NCBI GenBank assembly: GCA_028534125.1
Contig: CM052816.1
Span: 93,250,001-93,314,000, forward strand
Reading direction: 5' to 3'
Source of the DNA: Lama glama
Lineage: Eukaryota
Length of the DNA: 64,000 bases
Shown in pieces: positions 49,451 through 61,925 of the stretch. The position numbers and the translations under genes are program-made. A model generated the notes under the pieces. That model was not told where the DNA came from, did not search any database, and worked only from the letters and a program-made list of their open reading frames with translations. How positions within the stretch are numbered: the stretch's first letter is position 1; each line of letters starts with the position of its first letter.

Positions 49451-50865
49451 ACTTCCTCTTCTTTTTTAAAGGTTACTTTAAAATTAAATAACAGGTATTA
49501 GAAAATTTGAACTGCTAGTCACCTTTTCTATAAGCCTTCTAACTAACTTAGTCACAGGCCAGGCGATTCCTCGTAATATCAATAGCTTTTCAAAATATAA
49601 TGACAGCAGATGGAGACAGGTAGAAGGCAGCAGAGAGAAGGGGCATATGGGGAGTTATCCAGTTTTATTTAAACTCTCATCATCTCAATTTCTAAATTCC
49701 CCTAAGCTTGGCTCCACTTCTTTCCTGTTTTAATCTGTGGGTCTGTCTTGGAGCAATGTTTAGATATTACAACACACACACATATGCATATGTATATACC
49801 TGTATACATATACAGACCCGCCCCCCCCCGCCCCCCACGCAGGGTCCAATCAACATCCCCAGAGTCGTTTTGATATAGTTGCTCCCTCACCAGAATGCTT
49901 CTTCTTTTCCTTCCCTCCTTCTCCTTTCTTAATCTCATGCCTGGAGTCCCTGATCTTCCTTGGGCTCCTGCATCAGTTTCTGCCTCAGTTCTTATTTGGG
50001 CTTTGAATTAGACAGGACTTCCCACGTAACTGTTCCAAGCACATCCATCGTTCCCCTTCGATCAGACTAAAGCCAGCTCGGTAAAGGCCACGTTCATACT
50101 ACCATCGTGTCATATGCTTAGGAATTGTTACTTGAAAGAATACATTTCACTCCGGCTGTCTCAGATGTCAATCAGAATAGTTCTAGCCTGTAAGCAGTCT
50201 ATTAACCACAATCTTTTGACTTTAACCATCTAACGAACCGCCTACCTGACGTTTCTCCTTGGATGTCTGAAAGGCACTGAAAATTCTCATTTGATTCCCT
50301 GGTTATGTCAGCTCTCTTGTCAGATGCTCTCGTATTTCAAAATTTTACTTTTTTGTGTAATTATTTGCTTAATATTTGATTGTCTCATTGGACTACAGCA
50401 GAGCAGTAATTGCTCAGTATCGTGTCCTACATAGGTATCAGAACAAAGAAAGGAAAGAGGGAGGGAAGGAAGGCAAGCAGAAAGAAAAGAATGAGAAATC
50501 TCCAGTCTTGCTAGAGCTTCAAAGGCTGTTAGTCCCCTTAGCTTATGATTTGCTGTTTCTTTGTAGATTGCACTAATATTTCCAAACAAAATTGCTTTTA
50601 AAATTTAACACCAAGAGCAATTTCCATTTCAAAATTGTGCCAGTTATTGAAAATGTCTTCAGTGGTGTTACAAATGGTCTTGAAGCTTCTCCAAATGTGC
50701 TAGGCATTAGTAATGGGTGCCTGTGACTGTCTCCTAAAAATTGCTTATCTAGTTATCTCTAGGGAAAAAGAGGGGAAAAAAAAAAGCCTGGAGAAGTAAT
50801 CATCATGCTGTGTGTAAAATAAATGCAGCAAATAGCTCTATAAAATAATATTTTAAAAAGAGTCT

Positions 50866-50904
50866 TTCTTGTTTTGTTTTGTTTTGTTTTGTTTTGTTTT
50901 GTTT
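50866..50904. repeat. (GTTTT)n microsatellite
   Basis: Direct observation. Confidence 0.9.
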
Positions 50905-52142
50905 AATGTCCCAGAACCTTCCAGCTGAAAATTAAAGTTGGTTACAATTACTTTAGGACCAAATCTCAAATGCAGGAAAAAGAAGATGGGGTAGAGGGGG
51001 GATCCAGATGTACATTAATATCCTGAACAGTAAAGCATGCATAGAAATAAAAACCTCCTTCTGGTCTGGGATAAGACGGGATAAGAAGACCCTCAGACAG
51101 GAGGTCTTTTGGAAACAACCTTCTAGTTGTCACTGTCCAGAGTGTCTAAAAACACTTACGGTGAAAAATTTCTTCTAAATCTTGGGATCTCTGATAGCAG
51201 GCAAATCCCCCCACTTCTTTAAAGAGTATCCTTCTACTCGTGGACACTAGGAGATCATTCAGCTATGCTGGCGTTTGTCTTACTTACAAGGTCCTGCAGG
51301 TGCCTCCTTCAGTTGGGACTCTCAGCTTTAAGTGGGTAGCTCTTTAAAAATTAGATTCAAAATCCTCACCCCCTAGTCTGTTTCAGTAATTCTAGACTGG
51401 GAGGTGGGGGAGGGCATTCTAGAATTTATTTTATTTTATTTTTTGATTTTATTTTATAAGGCTCCACAGATTATTTAGATGAATTCCAACCCCTACCCCA
51501 GGTAAGCCTGATACGGAAAACATAGCATGGTGATCCCTCAGCCTTCGAGAGTTGTATGTAAATAGGGTTTATTTATTCAATTATGTCAGCAGAGACAGAC
51601 TATTTAGTATTCTTGTTGTTTCTCTTGGATTTAAAACATCCCCTTCCCTTTCTCCCTATTTGCTAGTGCAGTTCTTTCTTCTCTCTCCTCTTCCATGGAA
51701 TCCTGTCTCCCATCATCCTGTAGATCTCAGTCATTTTAATTTTACTAAGCAGACTGATCACCTCAGTTCTTGTGATTTTGTTCAGCAATTTTTTTTTCTG
51801 TGCATCTCATCTTGACATCTCTTCCTTTTCTAATAGTTCTTGAGCTCCAGCATGTCTCCCTTTTTCTTCAACTAATTTGCCTCTAGGACCATCAGCCCTC
51901 ACTATCTAAGAGCCCTGACTTCACAGCATTTCTAATCTTCAGGGCGTTTTTTCCCTCTGTGTACCCATATTTTCAAATAAGTTTTAACTTGCTGGTTAGA
52001 AAGGACATTGTTAATTCTATATCACTTTTGGTTGAGAGTTTGTTAAGGAAATATGATAATGAAGGCTGATATAGACAAATACTTCCCTGTCTTTGCTAAT
52101 AATCTTCCTAGAACTGTGCTTTCTCCGTCTGATTATGATGGT

Positions 52143-52630
52143 TTATCTGTTATGTTCCAACCAGAAGACAGAAGCCACTTTAGGGCTTTCAATGGAAGGA
52201 GTTTAATTTCAAAGAATTTGTTTCTGGGTAGTGGAAGATCTGAGAAACCAAATAAGAGTGGTTGATGCATTCAAAAGATTAGCAGCTGCAGGAATCTGTG
52301 CTCACTCATGAGCGGCAGAAGTGCCACCAGAACCAGGATCCAGGGTTACTTTCAGGGAATGAGGACTTGGCAGGTACATGGTGGAATCTGGAGTTACGGG
52401 GATGACCCAGCCCCTGCTGGGTGTGCTACATGAAGCAGGCAAGACAGGGAGGAATTTCCTGGCTTCTCCCCAGTCCCTGACTTCTCTTGTCCTGCCTCCA
52501 ATCTTTTGCCAGTGCCTCTTACTGGTTGAACCTATGTGGAATCCAAGTGACAAGGGGGACTTGGAAGCGTAACTTCTTGGAGAAAGAGAGGAAAATGATT
52601 TTGTAAACAAAAGAGACAACATTGGCACAG
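52143..52630 (-). mobile_element. Possible ancient LTR (LTR67/LTR78-like)
   Basis: tatctgttatgttccaaccagaagacagaagccact...tttaatttcaaagaatt resembles the ends of old LTRs; family uncertain. Confidence 0.4.
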
Positions 52631-55109
52631 TTTCTGTACAAGATTAATCTCATAATATATGAAGTCTCTCTCTTCTATCCAAGCACTAGTTACTCTATCA
52701 AGGCACCAGATTATATGACATTACATGGTAAATGAGAGACTAGATAATAATAAAACTGAAAAGTAACTGAAATGACACCAAAGAACAAAAAGTCTGTATT
52801 TAAATTATGACTCACTCCTTTGTTCTGCTCAACAAAGATCTATATTTTTCTTCTCTGTCTTATGGCTGCTTTTTCTCCTTGTCGGTGACCCTGTCATCAT
52901 CCCACAGTAAAATGAGCGGGATCAGGGGCTATGGGAAGGGAGAGGCAGTGATAGCTGGTTTTTAAGTTCTGGAGTGGGGATGTGAGGCACAGTAGGAAAT
53001 AGCAGACAACTCTTATGGGAGACTGAGGTAGAAAGAGATTGTCCATGTCTTTTTTCCCAGCCCAGTCTCCCCGTTTCAAGCCTGTGAAAAGGGAGGTAAG
53101 TGTAGAAATCCCAGTGAGGCACAGAAATCAGAATGGTCCCCTAGAGGTGTTTATGTTGGAATCAACAAATGGCACCAAGAGCATCAAAGTGCAGATGGGA
53201 CCAGGTACATATGGATGATGCAGACCCCAGAAGGGGCTTCGACAAGCTGTTTACACACACAGCAATTGTGTTTTATGCAATTTACTGTTTTTGACCCAAT
53301 GTGATGATGTGGTGCCAACGTTGGGTGCTAGTGTCTCATCACTGTCTACTGCTCTGTCTGCCTTTCTGTCTTCAGTCCCTTTCAGTTTGGCTTTGCTCAG
53401 TTCCACCTCTGACAAAGTCCTCTCAGCAGGAGCTGCTAACTGCCAATCCGAGGGCTACTTTTCTCTTCATTGAGACTTTTCAGCTTTCACCAGAAATTTT
53501 TTGTTTGTCTTTCCCCCGAAATTATGACTGCTTTAATTCCTTTTCCTCCTAAATATCTATGCTCCCTCGGATTTCAAAATTGAGCTTCTCTCCTCTCAAT
53601 GCATCCCTCTCTTTTCCTGACACATGCTCCCTGACCTCTTCATGCCTGCGTTTAAGTATAACCTGTACCCCCCTGACCCTCACATCTCCATCTTTAGACT
53701 GGAGGTTTCTCACAAACTCACAGGCTTAATTTTCTGTTTGTGCACAGGCCATCTCTGCCTGGATGTTTTACCTTAAATTCAGCATGTCCCAAACCAAACT
53801 GATTACTTCCCTCTTCAAGTAAATTGTTATTTCAGTTAACAGTAACTTGTTAACTAGAACGTCTACCAGGGTCCCTGACCTCCTGCAAGTCAAATTAGCA
53901 GCTGTCATCTGTGCGCTTCCAAAGAGTGGAAGATGCTATTCTCATAATGCTTTTTGCAGTAAATTCTTATTTGTCTCTTCTTTTATCAGGCTGTGGATTC
54001 ATCAAAAGCAGAGATGGCGCTTTATTCATCTCTGAATCCCCAGGGCTCAGCTCACGGCACAGTTGATTCCCACCATCCTTTTCCTTCTCAAATATCCTGA
54101 TCACCCTCAAAAGAAATGATGCAATCTGTGCACAGAATTACTTGCCTGGAGAATTCACGTTATCTTTCATTTTCTTAACTGTGTTTAGAGCTGTTGTTTA
54201 TATTTGCTAATTCATTTTAGAGAGGTTGGACAGAGCTCTTTTATTTCCAGCTGCCTGAGGATGAATTCCAGCCACTTGAGGAACGTGCAGGCTTTGAACC
54301 ACAACAAATCAGTTTGTCTAGACAATGAAGTTCACTGTAATGGGACTTTCACGTGTCGCCTATACTATATTTGTTTTTATAATGTGGATGAGGAGGGTAA
54401 GTAATAAACTTTGACAAATGTTTGGTTGTTCACCCCAGAGTTTCCTAGATCTTTGATTTTAGCTATATTGCATTTTTTCTAGAGTAACATTTTTATTATC
54501 ACTATTTGGAGTGCTTGAAGGCGGGTAGCTAATTACAAAAATTTCCAAGAACATTTTCTCAGTTTGAAATTGGTGAGCTTATATATATCGCAATATTTCC
54601 TTAAGGACCTGACACATTTAATTTGAACTTACTCTAGATTTTTAAATCTAGAATTTGAATGAATGAAATCAGTAAAAAATCAAGTTTAGGTGAAACTTTT
54701 CTGTTTTTTTGAAGTCTTCAAAGATAAAAGTTTATTACTCTTTAGATTCAGTCTTAGCCTTGGTTTTTTAGAATGCAGAATTTGAAGCAAAGATTGAAAG
54801 CACTAATGTGTTATCTGGGAGCTGCAACTCTAAGGCAGTAAGAGGGAGAAGAAAGATAAGTAAAGATGTGAAGGGGTGCAGTACCAAACCAGCAGCTCCA
54901 CTGCAAAGAGCTGGGAAAAGACACCCCTGGTCCCCACAGGTGTATCTCCTCAGCACCGGGGGGCAAAGAGTAGTCCATGGTGGGCTGGAGTTTGGCTCCC
55001 TCCTGTTTCCTGTTGACCATTGATCAAACTTCACAAAGAATTCTCTTCCCTGTACTTGGGGGTTGCGTTATTCAGCTCTGCTTGTGGCTATTAAGAATGT
55101 CAAATTCCA

Positions 55110-55192
55110 GTATATTTATACAATGGAATACTACTCATCCATAAAAAGAATGAAATAATGCCATTTGCAGCAACATGGATAGACCTAGAGAT
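55110..55192 (+). mobile_element. Short internal L1 ORF2-end fragment
   Basis: tacaatggaatactactcatccataaaaaagaatgaaataatgccatttgcagcaacatggatagacctagaga. Confidence 0.85.
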
Positions 55193-55299
55193 GGCTTTCC
55201 CACAAACGAGAGCCCAGACTTGTCCAGGTGTAAAATCAGTACTTTTTTTTTTTAATTGTGAGAACATTTTGGCTTTCAATGCTTTTTTCCAGGTCAAAT

Positions 55300-55528
55300 G
55301 TCTGTAATGATGGTGACTGTACTTAACAAGCTGTATTGCATATTTGAAAGTTACTAAGAGAAATCTTAAAAGGTCTCATGACAGGAAAAATATTTTGGAA
55401 CCATGTGTGGTGATGGGTGGTAACTAAAATTATTGTGGTGATCATTCCACAATATATATATAATCAAATCATTATGTTGTACAATGAAAACATATAATGT
55501 TATATGTCAATTATAGCTCAATAAAAAT
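55300..55528 (+). mobile_element. L1MA/L1MB-type 3' end
   Basis: gtattgcatatttgaaagttactaagag...tatatgtcaattatagctcaataaaaa. Confidence 0.75.
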
Positions 55529-56894
55529 ACGTAATGGCTCACAGCAACTTGTTCAGGATTGATGCAATTTCTATGTTGAAGTATTCCATTCCCCTTTCCT
55601 TTCTGTAAACTTGGAAGGGAAGAGTTTTGAGTCAGCATCCACAAGACACAAATATTATGCACTTCCTCAAGTTACATGTGCATCTCCTGCCTCCTGGACC
55701 CTCTTTGGGACTAGCTAGTCCTTTGCCCTTAATTACCACCAGCATCTTGGCCCATCAGCCTCGGTTTAAATGTGCGGCTCCTACCTCTGCTTCCAAAATT
55801 CAAGCAACGTAGCTTAGGTTAGGCCACTAATGACATATAGGTTGTAAAAAACAGAGAAATGAAAAGAATGCCACCCACACAGGATGGAGATAAAGCATCT
55901 GTAAAAGCAACTTAGAAATGGTTCAAGGGTTGGCACCACCCAACAGGAGTCTGGTTAAATCCATTGCCAACTCTGCATGCTAGGAAACCAGGCTCCTGGG
56001 ATGGGAATCAGAACCAGTTGGTGCTTCCAGGAATACTGTGAAATTATAGATTGAAGAGGAAGTCAGAAAACAATTTATAAGTTTTTAATAGGTCAAATTG
56101 TTGCTGGCATTCATTGAAAGTAATGTCTAGGGCCCCAGGTGATCTGGTCAAAAAAATTTTTTTTGTGTGTGAAAACAATTATTGGGATGTTAAGACACTT
56201 ATGAGTGTTGATGAGGATTGCCTCTGAGTGGTTGATGTTATGGGTATTCTTTAGTTTCTTCTTGTTAATCTGCATATTCTGTGATGAGAATGCACTGTTT
56301 TTATGATAAGAGAAAACACTCTAATTACAAAATAAAAACAGTTGGAAAGTTTAAAATATATTTTTTGCCAATTATGTCTGCTGGATTCCAAAAAGTTTTT
56401 ATAATTTTTTAAATTGCACAAATTGGGGGAAATTTTTCTTCTTGTAAAACGTTTGTTGATCCTGTTTGTCCATCTTTTCATATGGCTCATTATAATTTTA
56501 ATAATTAAGATGTTTCTAATGCAAATCTCACAGAGAAGGACTAAATAATAACTAAAGTAGGAAATAGTGTCCTGAAAATGACATGAAACATTACAGAGTT
56601 TCCCTGTGATGCCCTAAAAAGCTGTTAGGGAATATATATTTGCTATAAAGCCATCATTTTGAACAAGTCTCTTGACCTATCACATTTTGTTCAGCCCTTT
56701 TTGACCAAATTAAGTGCTACGAGTGGAGCTAGTTCGAATTTTTGTTTATGATGGGTACTAGCAACTCACCTTCAAGTCTTATATTCAAGGAAGAGTCAAG
56801 CTTTATTAACCCCTGTGAATCTCTTTTAATCAGGCATCTGGTGGCTTTGCATCATCCTTTCTTTCCTCTGGTGAGGAAGTCTCCTTCCCGGATT

Positions 56895-57122
56895 CTACTT
56901 CCGACTTCCTCTTCTCCCTTTCCTCCCCGCCTGTCCCTGTCTTGCCTCCCTTCCCCTGCTCTCCCCTCTTCTTTCCTTTGCTCCAGCCTCCAGGGCTCTA
57001 TTCCCACTTGCCCCCTCTCCCTTCCCTTCCCTTCTCTTCTCTTTACTCTCTCCTCTCTTCTTCCTCCTCCCTTTCTCTGTCCTCCTTTCTTTGTTTCCTT
57101 TTTATTCTCTTCTCCTTCCCTT
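56895..57122. repeat. CT-rich low-complexity polypyrimidine tract
   Basis: About 230 bp that are nearly all C/T. Confidence 0.85.
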
Positions 57123-58139
57123 AAAAAAAAAATTATGTTAGAGTTTTAAACCAAAACAAAACAAATGAAAAGAAACACACGTACTAATTATAGGCTTTTT
57201 CTGTTTCCTGGGAATTAATGGAAAGATTGATTCAGTTACATCTTGAGAAAAATTGTTTATCATTTAACTCTATTCTAAATTTCATCCCTGAAACAGACTA
57301 ACTATTCCTGAATAAGCTCATTGTCGTTTTGTCTTATTTCATCAGGTCATGAGTTAATTGAAGGTTATATTAAAAAGTCAATAGATGGCTTTAATTGTAC
57401 TTCATCATGTGTTAACGGTGAATGAACTTTGGTGTCATGTAAGTTAAAACTTCATAGCTTCATAGTTTACATAAACAGAATGAGATAAATACTAGGGTGA
57501 TGAGGTTAATACAGGTTAATTAATATAGTTCAGGCTTGCTCTGATTTATTTAATTTAATCCAGGAACAACCTTAATACAGTTGAATTTGAATGACAGTTC
57601 TTATTTTTTGTTTTATCAGGTCTATTGTAAGGAGATAAAAACCTGCAAATACAGTTAAAGATTCCTTTGAACCTTTTCACAATCCATTCCCCTTTCTGTC
57701 TCCAGAAGGAATCACTTTCTTTAAATAAGCTGTGTTTTCATATTTTTCTAGCTATTCTTTCATATTTGTACTATATACATATTTTTTCATGGACTATATA
57801 TATATATATATATACACACAATATATATAATCATTTTGTGTTAACTGTTACATAAATGTCACTATGTTGTCTGCAACTTGCGTTTTTCATACTACATTAT
57901 GTTTTTGAGATCTATCCATGTAATACATAGAGATCTTTTTCATTCTGTGGTTTAGTGTGCGAATTGAAAAGATTTGTTCTTATTTTGGTTATTGATACAT
58001 TTGGATTTATTCTAAACTTCTCTGTTTACCTTTTTTTTGCTTTTTAAAATTCTCTTTTCTTGCTGTTGACTAGATAACTAATAATTTTTTTATTTCTTTT
58101 TTTTTCTCTCTGGGGAGTTAAAAGTCCTTAAATTAAAAT

Positions 58140-58990
58140 AAATTAAAAATCAACTTTATTGGAATAATTTTAGATTGACAGAAAAATTGTCAAGATAACA
58201 CAGATTTCCCATATATCCTACATCCATTTTCTCCTATTATTAATATATCATATTAGTGTGTTTTTTTAACAAGTAATAAATGAATGTTGATGTATTAAGT
58301 AGAGACCATATTTTTTTCAGATTTCCTATTCTTTTACTTAATATCCTTTTTCTTTTCCAAGGTCCCATTCAGGATACCACATTGCATTTAGTTATCATGT
58401 CTCCTTAGGAGCCTCTTGGCTGTGACAGTTTTTCATACTTTCCTTGTTTTTGATGACCTTGACAGTCTTGAGAAGTACTCATCAGGTTTTTGGTAGAATG
58501 TCCCACTACTGGGATTTTTCTGATGTTTTACTCATTATTGGACTGGGGCTATGGTTTCCTGTGAGGAAGACCACAGGGCTAAAGTGCCATTTTCATCACA
58601 TCACGTCAAGGGTACATGCTGTCAACACAGCCTCTCACGGCTGATGTTGACCTTCATCACTTGCAAGCAAAAGCTGTGTTTGCCAGGTTTCTCCATGGTG
58701 AAGTCACTCTTTTTCTTTCCCTTTCTCTACTGTGCTTCTGGAAGAAAGTCACCAAAATGAGGTAAGGGAAGTCTTGGGGTGGGGTGTCAGACTCCTTCAG
58801 AGTTTATACAGAAATTCTTTGGAATTCTTCTGGGTAGGAGCTTTGTTTATTTTACTTATACCATTTTACTTACGTATTCAATCATTTAAAAAGATCTGTG
58901 TGGTCTCCTGGATATGTATTTGTCATTTTGTGTTATAATCTAATACTACTTATTTTGTTGCTCAATTTGTTTCAGCTTCAGCCACCAAGA
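58140..58990 (-). mobile_element. Ancient L1 3' end (L1MB/L1MC/L1MD-type)
   Basis: caggataccacattgcatttagttatcatgtctcctta...gatgaccttgacagtcttgagaagtact. Confidence 0.75.
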
Positions 58991-61789
58991 CCTTAAGTTT
59001 TAGTATACACACAAAACTGTAATTTTTTTCTAAAGATTTTGACAGTAACAACAGAGTTTTAGCTAGCTTTCTAGTTATTGTTGTCTAGAATTTTGTTCTA
59101 CATTTTTAAAATGCAAACTTACTTTTATTAAAGCAATCCATAGTTAATTAAATATATCAAAATATTTAATAATCACTGTGACCCTTCCAGCTTCACTTTC
59201 CTTTTCCTTGAAGTAAATCTTTAAGTAATTGTATTACTGAGGGCTTGCGGGTGGTGAGACCTTGTACTATTATTGCTGGAGAAGCCCAAGCTGTGTGTGA
59301 CGCTTCTCAGTTCATGAGACAGCAAACTGGTTTAGGTTGTTCTCATGATCCAAGCAGTTAATTCCGGACACTTACTCTATAACTAAAAATGATGTATGTT
59401 GAATCAAACGTCTCCATAGAAACAATGGGAAAATGAAGGGTATGGTCCCGCTGAAGAGCCTGCTGCGTAACTGTATTTATGAAATGACCATAAACCCTGG
59501 CTCGCATCAGTTCATGAGTTTTTTGTTTTCAGCTTGTTTCTCTCACAGCTGGGTCTCTGTCACCCTCTTCCAATTAACCTTTGCATTGGTCTCCCAAGTC
59601 ATCCTATTTCCTTCTATCCGTTCTCTCCTACTCATCTCATTTTTCTAACAGGTTACCTTTCCCTAAGGGGAACTCGTCACACTACTGGCTGATTCCTCAG
59701 GCCTATATCCTTCAGGAATTCCAAGAAACTTTAGGATAAGATTAAAATGTCAGGTCCTTCATAGGCTGGCCCCTACACACCTTTTGGAACTATTCTAACA
59801 TTTGTCACTTCCACCCACTGTCCCTGTGCCCAACAGACTTCTGCCTTTTGGATGTGCTATGATTTTTCCCCAGGTCTTCCTAACTGCTGCAGGTGCCTCT
59901 GCCTTGAAAACATTTGCCCTCATTTTTCCTTTTGGAAAGCTGACCCCGACACTGATCAAAACACCAACATCTGAGGTTAGTGGGCTCTGCTGCCACCCTG
60001 GCTCAGCTGATGGCCCTTGTCTCCATTCTCCATTAGCGCTTACCCTCAGGGCATTATCTTTATGCTTTACCTCCCCTACCAACTTGAGAACATTTTTAAA
60101 TTGACTCTGGACCTTGTCTTATTTATCTTTGTATTTCAGGCTATTAACATTAAGAGGCAAGTAACAACTAATGAATAATAATAATTAATGAATAAATACC
60201 TGCAAATGTTTACTGAGGGATAAACAACCTTCTAGTAGAAATCAAACCATACTATTAGATAATAAAGCATTGCACAAAGTCCAGTTGATGGTCCAAAATG
60301 TTGCTCCTTGAGTGTGCTCTGGCTCACGACAGGTTGATTTGGGACAAGTATCAGGGTATCTTTCCTCTACTACTTTTTCATCTTTCTTTCCTTCTCCCAT
60401 CTCTCCTGTCTTTTTGGTCCCCATGGCCCTCTTGGCACTAAAAAAAAAAAAAACTTTTGCCCTCCTGGTCTGACTTTTTTCTCATCCTCCAGCTCTGGCT
60501 ATCCATTTCCATCTGGATTTAGCCTCTGCAGTGTGGGGTGGCAGGGTGGTCTCCTCAGTTCCTGTGTAAAGGGAGAGGGGATGAAAAAGTGTCCCTACTT
60601 CCTCCAGCCTTGGTGGATTGTATACAAAATTAACTCTTCCTTTGCAAATGTTCACCACCTCTTAGCATAAAACTAGGGGGTGATTGAACTAAGGACTACC
60701 TGTCTCAGTTTTTTCTCTCATCAGAGACTACCTTTAATCATTCTAGGTTAACATGGGCTGGAGCCCCAGGAGACGGGAACTAATTGTCCCTGTAAGTGGA
60801 TAGGTGTAGGGAAAAGTGGGAGACACTATCCTGCCTCCATTAATTTTCCCAGAACAATACAGAATGTGTACAAATTTCTAAGGAGGAAAATGTTCTTGTA
60901 TTTTACCCACTATGCCGCATATCCCTAACTGTTCTGTCACCATCATAAGTTTCCGCCTTTCACACCATCTGTGAGAGCAAGAATCCTTTTCCCTAACTAC
61001 TCTGCACACCCTTAATTTGGCCCTATCTCATGCCCCTCCCCACTTTCTCAAACTCTTGCACTGTGATCTCTTGCACAACCTCTTTCTGAAATGTTTCCTT
61101 TACCCTTTTCCTCCTGGCTGAAGTCTGGCTCTCCTCCAAGGATGCCCCACGGGGAGGAGACTCTTTTCTCTGAGCATCTTAGGTACCTCAGGACCTGGTG
61201 GAGGGATCACTGTCCTCTTTCCTTCCCGTTGTGTGAAACACACGTGTTTTGACCCATCTGTATGTTTTAGTCTAGCTCTCAGAAGAAGTCGGCTCATCAG
61301 AAAATGTCCATGTTAAGTAGGCGAATATCTCAGAATTTGGAAACAAATATGTAAACTAACCCTGAAATATAAAATCTTCAATAAGGTATTTTTCACTGAG
61401 TGTGGTTCAATATAGGTATATCATGCTGAGCATAAGTGATACCTTGTATCATTCAGGTTCATTTTTCAGCACACCTAGGGAAATTATCTTTACAGCGAAA
61501 TGCATCGTTTGGGATGCTTTTGCATAACAATCGAAAGATGACATATGAATGGAATCTAACAAGCATTACCTTTGGTCTTTTTCTGTACCCTGGTCTTAAG
61601 AAAGCAGTGTCGTATTAATAATGCAAAACTCAATGGAAATACAGATGACATTTTAGAATTTCATTGAGCCTCATTACTGCAAATGTAATTTCTCAAAACA
61701 CATCTACTATCACTTAATATTTTTGTGTTTTAAAAAGTTTCTGGGACACTATGACAAATGTCAAGGGAGAGAGAGAAAGAGTAAGTAGC

Positions 61790-61925
61790 CTGAGTCCTGA
61801 GTCTAAGTTCTGGTTTTGCCACGTGCTGGTTGGACTTGTCGCTCACTTCTCTGAGCCTGAGTTTCCCCACTGTGGGAGGAAGGTGCTGGACAGATGGTCT
61901 TTAAGGGTTATTCCAACCCTGATAG
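61790..61925 (+). mobile_element. MIR fragment
   Basis: gttctggttttgccac...cacttctctgagcctgagtttcccc. Confidence 0.6.

Noticed and set aside
56742..57149. 135-aa Pro/Ser/Leu-rich ORF
   Set aside because: Translation of the CT low-complexity tract.
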